Source: a virus
Lineage: Duplodnaviria > Caudoviricetes
DNA: 59,463 bases
Strand: one strand, 5' to 3'
IMG/VR virus record: IMGVR_UViG_3300042330_000238
Location: 1-59,463 of that record
Below the pieces are notes generated by a model, which worked only from the letters and a program-made list of their open reading frames with translations, was not told the origin of the DNA and searched no databases. A program made the translations under genes and the position numbers. Positions 14,490-25,357 of the stretch are shown here, one piece after another; within the stretch, counting starts at the first letter, position 1, and each line of letters starts with the position of its first letter.

Positions 14490-16741
14490 ATGGATTATAT
14501 AATTTTAATAAATACCAAACTCCTTTAACTGAAGAACTTAAAAATTCTTTACATAAAGAAGTTTGGTTAGATTTATTAGAATATATTAATTCTATTGAAT
14601 TTATTAAACGATTAATTGCTCCTGAAGAAATTAGAGGTTTTGCTAAAGACAGAACTAAAGATGAAGAATACGATGATGGTAGAATTAAAGTACGTGTAGA
14701 CAATCCTCACATACTTGAGGATATGGATTACTTTAGAGAACGTGCTTTGTTTTTTGAAAAGCATGGTAAGTATACACTACTTCATCCTAATCCAAATCCT
14801 AAATCAGATTATGCTTTATTTTGGAAAGAAGAACTTCGTCGTTGGAAAAATGGTGTAGTACGTGAATCTGATGGAGAATGGATTCCAGGTCAATTATATT
14901 TTTATTGGAACTATAGTCCAATATGGTTAGTAGAAACAGTAGGTATTACTAAAGACGGTAAAAAGAAAGGTGAACGTAGAAGAAAGTTTCCAAAACCTTG
15001 GTTAGGTGATTATTTATTTTATCACTACATGGAACAAGGTAGACAACGTGGACAACATGGTAAATTATTAAAAACTCGTGGAGTCGGATTTAGTTTTAAG
15101 ATGGGAAGTATCTCACCATGTAATATGTATACACTACCAGGATCAGGTAACCCTAATTTTCACTTAGCTTCTGAAAAAACATTCTTATCAGGAGATAAAG
15201 GTATATGGGGTAAAGTACTTGATACTTTAGACTGGATTGCTGAAACAACACCCCTACCTAAAATGCGTTTAGTAGATGATACTAGAAACATGTATATTCA
15301 ATTAGGATTTAAAGATGAGTATGGTACACGTAAAGGTATTATGTCTTCAGTATATGGTATATCACTTAAAGATGCACCTGAGAAAGCAAGGGGTATTCGT
15401 GGACCATTAATTCATTATGAAGAAGATGGTTTATTTCCTAATCTTGAAAAAGCATGGAATGTAAACTTAAAAGCTGTGGAAGATGGTGATGTAGGATTTG
15501 GATATATGCTTGCAGGTGGGACAGGTGGTACTGAAGGAGCTTCGTTCGAAGGTTCTGAAAAACTATTCTATAGTCCAGGTGCATATAATATATATGGTAT
15601 TCCAAATGTCTATGATAAAAATGCTACAGGTGATTCATTATGTGGATTCTTTTGGGGAGGTTATTTAAATCGTAATGGATGTTACGATGAAACAAATGGT
15701 GAGCCTGACGTAATTAAATCTTTGATTGAAATTCTTAAATCAAGATTTAATATTAAATATAGTTCTACAGATCCAAATGCAATTACACAAAAGAAAGCGG
15801 AAGAACCTATTACACCTCAAGAAGCTATTATGCGTACAGAGGGTACAGTATTTCCTGTTGCAGACTTAAAAGATTATTTAGAATCTGTAATGATGCAAAG
15901 AGATACATTCTTAGCTGAACATTATGTAGGTGAATTAATAAGAGGTCAAGATGGTAAATTAAAATGGAGACTTAATTCAGATAAATATCCTATTAGAAGT
16001 TATGATAAAGATACAGCTAATCGTGAAGGATGTTTAGAGATATTTGAAATGCCTAAAGAAAATGCTAATGGTGAAATACCTCGCAGTAGATATATTGCAG
16101 GAATTGACCCTATTGATGCAGACGCAGGAACATCTTTATTTAGTATATTAGTTATGGACACTTTTACAGATAGAATTGTAGCTGAATATACTGGTAGACC
16201 TAAACTTGCTGAAGAAGCTTATGAGTTAGCTTTACGTATTTTAGAATTTTATAATGCTGAAGCAAATTATGAAAGTAACTTAAAAGGTTTATTTAGTTAT
16301 TTTGATAAACGTAACTCTTTACATAGATTGTGTGACGTACCTCAAATATTAAAAGATATGGAATTTGTAAAAGGAACTAATCTTTATGGTAATAAAGCAA
16401 AAGGTACTTTAGCAAATGCTCGTGTAAATAAATGGGGTAGAGTACTTCAAGCTGACTGGATGTTAACTAAAGCACATGGAGAAGATGAAAATAAATTAAA
16501 TCTTCACACATTAAGAAGTATTCCTTATATTGAAGAATGTATTAAATGGAATGCTGATGGTAACTTTGACCGTGTATCTGCAGGTATTATGTTAATGATA
16601 TTACGTGAAGATAGATATAAAAGAACACAAAGTGCAATAAAAAATCAAGATAAAAAATTAGATACTTTGTCTAATGATAATTTTTTTAACAAGAATTACA
16701 ATAAATCAAAAGCTATTGACGAAATGAAAATAAAGTATTAA
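14474..16741 (+). CDS. terL: Terminase large subunit
   Basis: KTRGVGFS Walker A, IHYEEDG Walker B, GGTGG, nuclease AGIDPID and GNFDRVSA. Confidence 0.93.
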   Translation: MEQELNGLYNFNKYQTPLTEELKNSLHKEVWLDLLEYINSIEFIKRLIAPEEIRGFAKDRTKDEEYDDGRIKVRVDNPHILEDMDYFRERALFFEKHGKYTLLHPNPNPKSDYALFWKEELRRWKNGVVRESDGEWIPGQLYFYWNYSPIWLVETVGITKDGKKKGERRRKFPKPWLGDYLFYHYMEQGRQRGQHGKLLKTRGVGFSFKMGSISPCNMYTLPGSGNPNFHLASEKTFLSGDKGIWGKVLDTLDWIAETTPLPKMRLVDDTRNMYIQLGFKDEYGTRKGIMSSVYGISLKDAPEKARGIRGPLIHYEEDGLFPNLEKAWNVNLKAVEDGDVGFGYMLAGGTGGTEGASFEGSEKLFYSPGAYNIYGIPNVYDKNATGDSLCGFFWGGYLNRNGCYDETNGEPDVIKSLIEILKSRFNIKYSSTDPNAITQKKAEEPITPQEAIMRTEGTVFPVADLKDYLESVMMQRDTFLAEHYVGELIRGQDGKLKWRLNSDKYPIRSYDKDTANREGCLEIFEMPKENANGEIPRSRYIAGIDPIDADAGTSLFSILVMDTFTDRIVAEYTGRPKLAEEAYELALRILEFYNAEANYESNLKGLFSYFDKRNSLHRLCDVPQILKDMEFVKGTNLYGNKAKGTLANARVNKWGRVLQADWMLTKAHGEDENKLNLHTLRSIPYIEECIKWNADGNFDRVSAGIMLMILREDRYKRTQSAIKNQDKKLDTLSNDNFFNKNYNKSKAIDEMKIKY

Positions 16742-16755
16742 ATGTTTATTTTTGT

Positions 16756-16786
16756 TTTGAATTCTTATTAAAATTTTGTATATTGC
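16756..16786 (+). promoter_or_regulatory. Promoter upstream of portal
   Basis: TTTG...TATATTGC variant of the consensus. Confidence 0.55.
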
Positions 16787-16809
16787 AAAGTTTAATAAAA
16801 TTATAACAT

Positions 16810-19200
16810 ATGAGTCGTATAAATAACATACAACAACCTAGACAGAAACTTCCGTATAAACAAAAAAATAAAGATTGGCGTAAAGACAATTTAGATTTTG
16901 CAGACAGACATTCTTTTTATTATAATTCAGAAGTACGTCAAACATTAAAAAATAAAATTATAAATTTAAATCTTTATAATGGAATTGTTGATGTAAGAGA
17001 TTTAACAAATGTTGTTAATCCAAATCAACTTGATGCATCATATGTACCTGATAACATACCTCATCATCCAATTGTAGTTCCTAAAATTGATTTACTTTGT
17101 GGTGAAGAAATTAAAAGAAGATTTGATTGGTCTGCTGTTGTTGTAAACAGTGATGCTATTACAAAAAAAGAAGAAGATAAAAAAGCTTTTTTAATGCAAC
17201 GTCTTACAGAATTTTTAGAAGCTAATTATTCTGACGATGAATTAAAAACTAAAATGGAGGAACTTGGTAAATATATGAAATATAGTTGGCAAGATCTTCG
17301 TGAGAAGATGGCTAATCAAATATTGAAATATTATTGGCAAGAACAAAACATGGCTGAAAAATTTAATAAAGGATTTAAAGACGCTTTAATTATGGCTGAA
17401 GAAGTTTACTTAGTAGACATTAGTCATGATGAACCAGTATTAACTAAATTGAATCCTTTAAAAGTTCACGCTGTACGTTCAGGTAATTCTGATAGATTAG
17501 AAGATGCTTCAATTGTTATTATAGAAGATTATAAGTCTCCTAATCAATTAATAGATGAGTATTATGATGAATTAAAATCTGAAGAAATTGATACTCTTTT
17601 ACATTATAGTACAAACTCATCAAAAGGTGCTTATTCTGAAGATACAGATAATCATACATTATTTAGAGATTCTACTGAGAATATTGGAATGTATGAAAGT
17701 CTTTTAGATTTAGCAGAAGTTAATGGTCATGTGTTTGGTAAAAACTATACAGATATTAATGGTAACATTAGAGAGCTAAGAGTAAGATGGAAATCATTAC
17801 GTAAAGTTAAAAAAATAAAATTTTATGATGAATATGGTCAAGTTCAATATCGTTTTGAATCTGAAGAATATATTCCTGAAAAAACATTAGGTGAAGAATC
17901 TACTGACTTTTGGATTAACGAAGGATGGGAAGGAATTAAACTAGGTAAAGATATTTATCTTAAAATGAGACCTCTTCCTGTTCAATATGTAAAAGCAAAC
18001 AATCCTTCAAAAGGACATTTAGGTATTATAGGACAAGTTTACAATACTAATCAAGGTAGAGCAGTATCATTAATGGATAGAGCTAAAAACTATCAATATA
18101 TGTATGATGCATTGTGGGATAGATTAAATAAAGCTATTTCTACAAATTATGGTAAAATACTTGAATTAGATTTAGCTAAAGTTCCTGCAGGTTGGGAAAT
18201 TGAAAAATGGATGCACTTTGCAGTAGTAAATAAGATTGCTGTAATCGATTCATTTAAAGAAGGTAATCATGGTGCTGCTACTGGTAAACTTGCTGGTGGT
18301 ATGAATGCTATGGGTGGACGATCTATTGATATGGAAACTGGAGCATACATTCAACAACATATTCAGTTACTTGAATTTGTTAAAATGGAAATGGGTGAAA
18401 TATGTGGAGTATCTCAACAACGTCAAGGACAAATTTCAAATAGAGAAACTGTTGGTGGTGTAGAACGTTCTGTAAATCAATCGAGTCATATTACTGAATA
18501 TTGGTTTATGTTACATGAATCATTAAAAATAAGAGTATTAGAAGCATTTCTTGAAACAGCTAAAGTTGCATTAAGAGGTATTGAAAATAAAAAAATTCAA
18601 TATATATTAGACGATCAAACTATTGAAATTCTAAATATGGAAGGTGAAGAATTTGCAGAATCTGATTACGGTATTCTTGTAACTAATACACCTAAAACAC
18701 TTGAACTTGAACAAGCTATTAAACAATACGCACAAGCATTTATTCAAAACGGAGGTTCAATGTCTACAATTATGGATATTTATTTTAGTCCTTCATTAAT
18801 GGATATGCGTCGTAAATTAGAAACTGCTGAAGAAGAAATGTCTCAACGTCAATCTGCATCTGCAGATGAACAAAACAAAATAGCTCGTGAACAAATGCAA
18901 ATGCAACAAGAAAACATTGTAGCAGAACGTGAGTTAAAAGATTTAATAAATCAACGAGATAATGAAACTAAAGTTTATCTTAAAGAATTAGAACTATCTG
19001 TACAACCTGAAGTAGGTGATGATGGTATTGAAAATCCTTTAGATAGAGAAAAGTTTAATTTAGATGTTGAAACAAAAAGAAAAGATTATATTACTAAAAT
19101 GAAAGCTTTAGATAACGATATGAAAAAACATAAAGATCAAATGGATGCTAAGAAAGTTGATCAATCTATTGCTAGAATTAAAAAGAAAACAAGCAACTAA
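16810..19200 (+). CDS. Portal protein
   Basis: 796 aa after terL; P.QKLP...K...W N-terminus, PKIDLLCGEE, QRQGQIS.RETVGGVER; coiled-coil C-terminus. Confidence 0.92.
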   Translation: MSRINNIQQPRQKLPYKQKNKDWRKDNLDFADRHSFYYNSEVRQTLKNKIINLNLYNGIVDVRDLTNVVNPNQLDASYVPDNIPHHPIVVPKIDLLCGEEIKRRFDWSAVVVNSDAITKKEEDKKAFLMQRLTEFLEANYSDDELKTKMEELGKYMKYSWQDLREKMANQILKYYWQEQNMAEKFNKGFKDALIMAEEVYLVDISHDEPVLTKLNPLKVHAVRSGNSDRLEDASIVIIEDYKSPNQLIDEYYDELKSEEIDTLLHYSTNSSKGAYSEDTDNHTLFRDSTENIGMYESLLDLAEVNGHVFGKNYTDINGNIRELRVRWKSLRKVKKIKFYDEYGQVQYRFESEEYIPEKTLGEESTDFWINEGWEGIKLGKDIYLKMRPLPVQYVKANNPSKGHLGIIGQVYNTNQGRAVSLMDRAKNYQYMYDALWDRLNKAISTNYGKILELDLAKVPAGWEIEKWMHFAVVNKIAVIDSFKEGNHGAATGKLAGGMNAMGGRSIDMETGAYIQQHIQLLEFVKMEMGEICGVSQQRQGQISNRETVGGVERSVNQSSHITEYWFMLHESLKIRVLEAFLETAKVALRGIENKKIQYILDDQTIEILNMEGEEFAESDYGILVTNTPKTLELEQAIKQYAQAFIQNGGSMSTIMDIYFSPSLMDMRRKLETAEEEMSQRQSASADEQNKIAREQMQMQQENIVAERELKDLINQRDNETKVYLKELELSVQPEVGDDGIENPLDREKFNLDVETKRKDYITKMKALDNDMKKHKDQMDAKKVDQSIARIKKKTSN

Positions 19201-19245
19201 ATGCTATTAGAATTTTTTTCCAAAGGTTAATTAAATCAATTAATC

Positions 19246-19277
19246 TTTGGAATTTAATTCAAAATGTATTATATTTG
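19246..19277 (+). promoter_or_regulatory. Bacteroidota sigma-A-type promoter (capsid operon)
   Basis: TTTG-N20-TATATTTG. Confidence 0.8.
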
Positions 19278-19310
19278 CAAACTTTATAAATAACCTTAAA
19301 ATAAATTAGA

Positions 19311-20384
19311 ATGGAAGAAGATAATTTAGAAATGGGTATGTTTGATAATTTGGAATTAAACTTTGAAGCTGATATTCCAACATTTGAAGAAGACATTGAC
19401 CCACAAGATTTAGAAAATAATAATGACGATATTAATGATGTCACTGAGGATGATGATAATCCAGGGGAAGTAAGTGATGAAGAAGATGATTCAAATGAAG
19501 GTAGTGATGATGATGAAGACGCTAGTTCTTCTTCCACTATTTATTCTTCGCTAGCTACAGTCTTATCAGAACAAGGATTACTACCTTCGTTGGACATCGA
19601 AAACACAAAAATTGAAACAGTAGATGACTTTGTTGAAGCATTTAAAAAAGAATCAGAAATACAAGCTGATTTAAAATTAAATGAATATTTAGCAAATATT
19701 GACATTAATGCTGTTGCACAAAGTAAACAAAAGATTGCAGAATATAGTTCTATTGATGAAAATTCTTTATCAGATAATTTGGAATTAGCAAAACAATTAA
19801 TATATCAAGATTATGTTAATCAAGGTATAGGTGAAGCTAAAGCGACGAAATTGTTAAATCGTTTAATTGATTTAGGTGAAGATGCAATTTTAGAAGACGC
19901 TGTTGATTCATTAAGTTCTTTAAAAGAATTTGAAACACGTCAAATTGAATATCAAAAAGAACAATATAAAGTTCAATTACAAGAACAAGAAAAACAACAA
20001 AAAGAATTAGATGAAAATCTTAAAAAAATTATTTTTGAGAAAAAAGATTTAATTAATGGTTTTAAACCAACTAAAGCTTTTCAAGAAAAAGTTTATAAAT
20101 CAATTAATGAAGTCGTAGGTAAATCACCTGAAGGACATTTTGAAAATAAATTTATGAGAGATCGTAGAGCTAATCCTTTAGAATTTGAATCACGTATGTA
20201 TGCATTTTATGAGCTTACAGATGGATTTAAAGATTACTCAAAATTAATAACACCTGCTAAATCTAATGCAATTAAAGAATTAGAAAAAGCAGCTAAGAAA
20301 ACAACTATTGTTGATGGTGGTACTCCACTATGGGCACAAGATTCAAACAGTTACGATAACATCGGTTCAGTGTTGAATTTATAA
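19311..20384 (+). CDS. Putative scaffolding protein
   Basis: Very acidic N-terminus and helical body, between portal and MCP. Confidence 0.7.
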   Translation: MEEDNLEMGMFDNLELNFEADIPTFEEDIDPQDLENNNDDINDVTEDDDNPGEVSDEEDDSNEGSDDDEDASSSSTIYSSLATVLSEQGLLPSLDIENTKIETVDDFVEAFKKESEIQADLKLNEYLANIDINAVAQSKQKIAEYSSIDENSLSDNLELAKQLIYQDYVNQGIGEAKATKLLNRLIDLGEDAILEDAVDSLSSLKEFETRQIEYQKEQYKVQLQEQEKQQKELDENLKKIIFEKKDLINGFKPTKAFQEKVYKSINEVVGKSPEGHFENKFMRDRRANPLEFESRMYAFYELTDGFKDYSKLITPAKSNAIKELEKAAKKTTIVDGGTPLWAQDSNSYDNIGSVLNL

Positions 20385-20414
20385 TAAGTACACAATTAAA
20401 ATAATTATAAAACT

Positions 20415-21926
20415 ATGAGTTTAGGAAAATTTGTAATGACCAAAGGTAAAGCTTGGTCAGGTATGACACTTAAAAACCACATTGGTGCTATTTTCGGAAG
20501 TCAACCACAATTAATCTCACCTTTAACAACTGTGTTGTTACAAAATTCAGGAATGAAAAACTTAGATACAACTTTATCTTTGTTCCCTGAAAAGGTATTA
20601 CCTACTTCTGACGATTTCGTTTGGAAAGTAGTTGGTTCTGATGAAAGAAACATTCCACTTGTTGAAGCAAGATACAATGGTTCTGTTGTTACAGATGCTA
20701 CTGTAGGTGTAGGTGCGGCAAGAGCTACTTTTGAATTAGTATTTGCTGAAAAATGGTTCACTAAAATGCATTTGATTGCAGGTCATAGACCAGACGTATA
20801 TCAAATGAGAATTCTTGAAGAGCCTTATGAAGAAGGACAACATTACGTTTATACTTGTGAAGTATGGGGTGGTCAGGAATCGTTAGCTGGTATTCCAGGT
20901 GATGAACTTTTACCAGGAATGAAATTCTCTATTGAGGGTGCTCCTGTAGAAGACGAGTTATCAATTCAAGGTGCAGGTATTCAATTTACTTCTCCTTACT
21001 TAATGAGAAATTCAGTTACTTCAATTCGTATGGAACATAAAGTTTCAGGTAAAATGATTGACTGTAAAGTTGAACCAGTTTATTTTGCAGGAATTGAAAC
21101 TAGAGATCCTAATACAGGAAAAGTACACAAATCTGTAACTTGGATGCAAGAAGTATATTGGCAATTTGAAAAAGCTTTATCAAGAATTAAATCAAGAACT
21201 GTTATGTTTGGAAAAACTAACCGTGATGAAAATGGTCGTTTCTTGAATAAAGGTAATGCTAATATTGAAATTAAAGCAGGTTCTGGAATTAGAGAACAAA
21301 TGGAAGTGTCTAACACTACTACTTATAACAAATTCTCTATTCGTTTATTAGAAGATTTATTATCTGAATTATCAGAAGGTAAATTAGATTGGACAGAAAG
21401 AAAATTCATGTTACGTACAGGTGAAAGAGGAGCTGCTCAGTTCCACAGAGCTGTAACACAATTAGCGTCAGGTTGGTCAGCAATTGGATTTGATAATACA
21501 AACCAAAATGCTATCAAACAAACAACTTCAAAATTCCATAGTAATGCATTTGTTGCAGGATTCCAATTCACTGAATGGAAAGCTCCTAACAACATTCATG
21601 TTATGTTAGAAGTTGATCCAATGTATGATGATAAAGTTCGTAATAAAGTATTACACCCAGATGGTGGAGTAGCAGAATCTTATAGATATGATATTTTATA
21701 TATTGGATCTATGGAAGAGCCAAACATTCAAAAAGTTAAAGTTAAAGGTTCTGATGAATTACGTGGTTATATTGCTGGTATTCGTAATCCTTTTACTGGA
21801 CGTAGAGGTGGTGAAATGCAATTAATGGAAGATAGTGCTACTATGACAGCATTATGTGAAGGTTACGGAGCAATGGTTAAAGACCCTTCTCGTACTGCAA
21901 CATTAAAACCATCAATTATTGACTAA
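20415..21926 (+). CDS. Major capsid protein
   Basis: 503 aa; WSGMT..NH, RKFMLRTGERGA.QF, VDPMYDD, HPDGGVAESYRY; optimal codon usage. Confidence 0.93.
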   Translation: MSLGKFVMTKGKAWSGMTLKNHIGAIFGSQPQLISPLTTVLLQNSGMKNLDTTLSLFPEKVLPTSDDFVWKVVGSDERNIPLVEARYNGSVVTDATVGVGAARATFELVFAEKWFTKMHLIAGHRPDVYQMRILEEPYEEGQHYVYTCEVWGGQESLAGIPGDELLPGMKFSIEGAPVEDELSIQGAGIQFTSPYLMRNSVTSIRMEHKVSGKMIDCKVEPVYFAGIETRDPNTGKVHKSVTWMQEVYWQFEKALSRIKSRTVMFGKTNRDENGRFLNKGNANIEIKAGSGIREQMEVSNTTTYNKFSIRLLEDLLSELSEGKLDWTERKFMLRTGERGAAQFHRAVTQLASGWSAIGFDNTNQNAIKQTTSKFHSNAFVAGFQFTEWKAPNNIHVMLEVDPMYDDKVRNKVLHPDGGVAESYRYDILYIGSMEEPNIQKVKVKGSDELRGYIAGIRNPFTGRRGGEMQLMEDSATMTALCEGYGAMVKDPSRTATLKPSIID

Positions 21927-21998
21927 TAATAATTGGTTAAGTGCCTCTCTACACAATCTGCTGTAGAGGTGCACTATAAAATAATAAAAGTTTTAATT

Positions 21999-22025
21999 GG
22001 GAGTTCTTTAAAAACTCCCTTTTTT
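21999..22025 (+). terminator. Intrinsic terminator after MCP
   Basis: GGGAGTT/AACTCCC followed by T6. Confidence 0.85.
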
Positions 22026-22050
22026 AAAATAATCTTAAAAGGAAGAAGAG

Positions 22051-22920
22051 ATGAAAGAAGATGTTAAAGAGTTAAAAAATACTTTTACACTACCTGACGA
22101 AATTGTGGTAGTTAAATATATAAATAGAAATACAGGTATGGCAGCTAACGTTGACAAAAACCACGTTATTTCAGGAGGAATGCTTACAAATGCAGTTCGT
22201 AAATTTTCAGCACCAATTCAAAGAAATGGTTCTATTAAAAATGTTCTTACTAATGAAGAAAAAGAATATTTAGAATCTGCAACAGGTTTAAATTTATCTG
22301 TTTATGGAGAATTTTGGCAAACGTTTTTTGTAACATTACAAAAAGAAGATGCAAATAATAGATTTGATTTGAGTAATCCTATGGATTATATTTCAATTAA
22401 AATTTTAGAAAGTTTAACTAAAGAAGATATTTCACCTTCATGGGCTGTAAGAAATCAAAAACAAACTTATCAATTTGCTATCACAAGAGGTGATGAAGAA
22501 ATGCTTGAAGATAAAAAGAAATTTGATTCTAAGAAAGAAGCATTTAAATTATATGGTAAAATTGAAGATGATAAAGAAAAACTTTTAGGAGTTTATAAAT
22601 TGTTAACAAATAAACCAATAAGTAACGATTCTAGTTTAAGATGGTTACAAACTAAAATTGAAGAAATTATTGATTCTAAACCATTATCTTTTGTAAACAT
22701 TGTAAATGATAAATCTTTTCATACTAAAATGTTAATTAACGAAGGTATTGATAAAGGAGTAATTGTTAAAAAATCAAACAAGTATTCAACAGTAGACGGA
22801 TTAGATTTATGTAATTCAGGAGAAATTCCAACTTTTGATAATGCTGTTTCATATTTAGACAATGTTAAAAATCAAGAAGTTCGAGACATTATTGAAGCAA
22901 AGATTAATAAAGAGAAATAA
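22051..22920 (+). CDS. crAss-conserved protein downstream of MCP
   Basis: FDLSNPMDYI motif; synteny. Confidence 0.7.
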   Translation: MKEDVKELKNTFTLPDEIVVVKYINRNTGMAANVDKNHVISGGMLTNAVRKFSAPIQRNGSIKNVLTNEEKEYLESATGLNLSVYGEFWQTFFVTLQKEDANNRFDLSNPMDYISIKILESLTKEDISPSWAVRNQKQTYQFAITRGDEEMLEDKKKFDSKKEAFKLYGKIEDDKEKLLGVYKLLTNKPISNDSSLRWLQTKIEEIIDSKPLSFVNIVNDKSFHTKMLINEGIDKGVIVKKSNKYSTVDGLDLCNSGEIPTFDNAVSYLDNVKNQEVRDIIEAKINKEK

Positions 22921-22922
22921 AT

Positions 22923-23663
22923 ATGACAAACTTAGAAATGAGTAATGAGTTTGATATTCATTATAATAGTATTGCTGGACAATCTGCTCCTAATATAGAT
23001 GATTATGAAAAATCAGTTTTTTTTACAAAAGCACAATTAGAAATAGTTAAAAACTATTATGATTCTTTAAGTAATCGTAAACAAAAAGGTTTTGAGTCAA
23101 CTGAAAAAAGAAGAGTGGATTTAAAAGAACTTATTGTTAATTTTAAAAACAATACAACACTATCTTTAAATAGTGGAATCGATACTAATTCTAAGTTTTT
23201 TACAATACCAAATAATACTTTTTTAATTATTCAAGAAAGTGCTAAATTATCATCAACTAATAGTTGTATTAATAATAATATAGCAAACATTAAAGTTATA
23301 ACACATGATGAATATAATATTCAACGATTGAATCCTTTTAAGAAACCTGATGAAGATGTTCTTTGGAGATTAGATATTGCTAAATACAATAATGATCAAA
23401 TTGTTGAAATTATTTCACCATACGATATTTCAGAATATCATATGAGATATATTAAATATCCAAAACCTATTATCTTAAAAGATCTTGATGTCATATTTCC
23501 AAATGAAAATTTATCAATAGATGGATTTACTGAAGAATTACAATGTGAATTAAGTGAATCTATTCATAGAGAAATATTAGACAGAGCTGTTGAATTAGCA
23601 TTAAGAGATTATAAACCACAAAATCTTGAAAGTAAAATTCAATTAGATCAAAGAAACGAGTAA
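22923..23663 (+). CDS. Tail ring/adaptor protein
   Basis: YEKSVFFTKAQ, YIKYPKPIIL, CELSESIHREILDRAV. Confidence 0.75.
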   Translation: MTNLEMSNEFDIHYNSIAGQSAPNIDDYEKSVFFTKAQLEIVKNYYDSLSNRKQKGFESTEKRRVDLKELIVNFKNNTTLSLNSGIDTNSKFFTIPNNTFLIIQESAKLSSTNSCINNNIANIKVITHDEYNIQRLNPFKKPDEDVLWRLDIAKYNNDQIVEIISPYDISEYHMRYIKYPKPIILKDLDVIFPNENLSIDGFTEELQCELSESIHREILDRAVELALRDYKPQNLESKIQLDQRNE

Positions 23664-23697
23664 TTAAATTATTTATAAATTAAAACTATTTTAAATT

Positions 23698-24711
23698 ATG
23701 TACGGACCTAATCAAGTGGGTGAGTTAATTGTAGGTAATGCTGTTGCGACAGAAACTACAGTTGCAACATTTATTGCTACGGCAAGTGATAAAGAAGTTA
23801 AAGCGTTATCTGTAGACGGAGGAAATGTCGCAGCAGGTAAACCTTTTTATTTTTTACAAAAAACTAGCGGAAATGCTGGTAAAAATCTGAATTTTGAATT
23901 TTCAGATAGAATTGATCCTAGATATATTGATAAGATTACAGTTGCAGAATATGCTCCTGAAGTTTTAAAATCAGTAAAAGTTGATGGATTTACAGGTAGT
24001 GGTGTAATTGCTGCTCAAAGAACTTATGAAGTTGAAATCAGATTAGAAGATATGTTATCTCCTGAAAACTTTCAATTCATTCAAGGATATTATGTAACAG
24101 GTGAAGTATTAGGTTCTGATACTGCTACTACTGTTAGAGATGGAATTATCGCTTCTATTAATAAAAATTTAGAGCGTAGAGGAAATTCTGAATTTACAGT
24201 TGTTGCAGATGGTACTGGTATTTTAATTACTGAGAAATATCAAGAAAATCGTCCTGGTAAAATTGAAGGACGTAAATTTAATTTTACAGTTAGAGGTAAA
24301 GTTTTTAACAATGTTGAAAATGGTTACAATGCAAATTTAAATTTACTTACTGAAACAACTATTACTGATGGTTATGTTGGTCAAGGTACAGGTAAATTTG
24401 CTACAAACTTTGAATGGTTTGTAAAAGGTTATAAATATGATCCAAATAGATTGTTAGGTTATCCTGCAGATTTTGGAGATCGTACACCTTATTATACTTC
24501 TAAAGATGGTTTATATAATGTGATTCAAATTAAATATTTTGCACCACGTAATGAAACTTCTGTTGAAAGACAATATAAAGTATTAACTATTTTAGTTGAT
24601 AAAGTTACTGATACTTTAGCAAATAATGCTGCTACTAATTCAGTATTAGCTAATATTAGAACGGCTGTAGGTACATTAGCAACAGTACCTGCTAATTTAC
24701 CAGTTGTTTAA
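23698..24711 (+). CDS. Auxiliary capsid/structural protein
   Basis: 337 aa, beta-rich, highly expressed codon usage, followed by a strong terminator; crAss synteny. Confidence 0.65.
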   Translation: MYGPNQVGELIVGNAVATETTVATFIATASDKEVKALSVDGGNVAAGKPFYFLQKTSGNAGKNLNFEFSDRIDPRYIDKITVAEYAPEVLKSVKVDGFTGSGVIAAQRTYEVEIRLEDMLSPENFQFIQGYYVTGEVLGSDTATTVRDGIIASINKNLERRGNSEFTVVADGTGILITEKYQENRPGKIEGRKFNFTVRGKVFNNVENGYNANLNLLTETTITDGYVGQGTGKFATNFEWFVKGYKYDPNRLLGYPADFGDRTPYYTSKDGLYNVIQIKYFAPRNETSVERQYKVLTILVDKVTDTLANNAATNSVLANIRTAVGTLATVPANLPVV

Positions 24712-24734
24712 TAAAATTAAAATTAACCTACAAA

Positions 24735-24767
24735 GGGAGTTGAGTGAAAAACTCGCTCCCTTTTTTT
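24735..24767 (+). terminator. Intrinsic terminator
   Basis: GGGAGTTGAGT/ACTCGCTCCC followed by T7. Confidence 0.85.
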
Positions 24768-24779
24768 ATTTAAAAAAAT

Positions 24780-25355
24780 ATGATAACCGTAAATAATTTA
24801 GAAATACAAGAAAATGGTTCACAGTTAGCGATCAATGTTCAAACAGAAACAGGTTCACTAATTACTTCTATTTTATTGTGGAATATGAATACATTTAAAG
24901 ATTACACAAAAGCAATAAATTTAGATTATAAATTAGAACAACTTACAAATATAGAATCATTTATTGTTACTGCTGAAGAATTACAAATTTCATCTTTTGA
25001 CGATATTTGGTTTATTGAAGTACAAAGTGACTATGTACCTCTTGATAATTGTGGTAAATTTTTAGACCCTGCTTTAGGTATCACTTACAATTTATCACCT
25101 TATTATAAATGTTTATTAAATAGATTTTTTGAACATCAAAAGAATCCTTGCACTAATTGTACAAATCCTTTTATAGATGATTTAGTATTGTCTATAGGAT
25201 TAACATTAGATATTGTTGAAAAATCAATTGAAGAAGGATATTACTTACAAGCAATTAGTTTAATTAATAAATTAAAAAAATTCTGTTCTATTAAAAAATG
25301 TAATAATTGTGAAACTGTAGAATGTAGCTCTTGTAGTAAATTTAAACAAAATTAA
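24780..25355 (+). CDS. Tail hub/structural protein with Cys-rich C-terminus
   Basis: CxxC pairs; crAss synteny. Confidence 0.6.
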   Translation: MITVNNLEIQENGSQLAINVQTETGSLITSILLWNMNTFKDYTKAINLDYKLEQLTNIESFIVTAEELQISSFDDIWFIEVQSDYVPLDNCGKFLDPALGITYNLSPYYKCLLNRFFEHQKNPCTNCTNPFIDDLVLSIGLTLDIVEKSIEEGYYLQAISLINKLKKFCSIKKCNNCETVECSSCSKFKQN

Positions 25356-25357
25356 TT

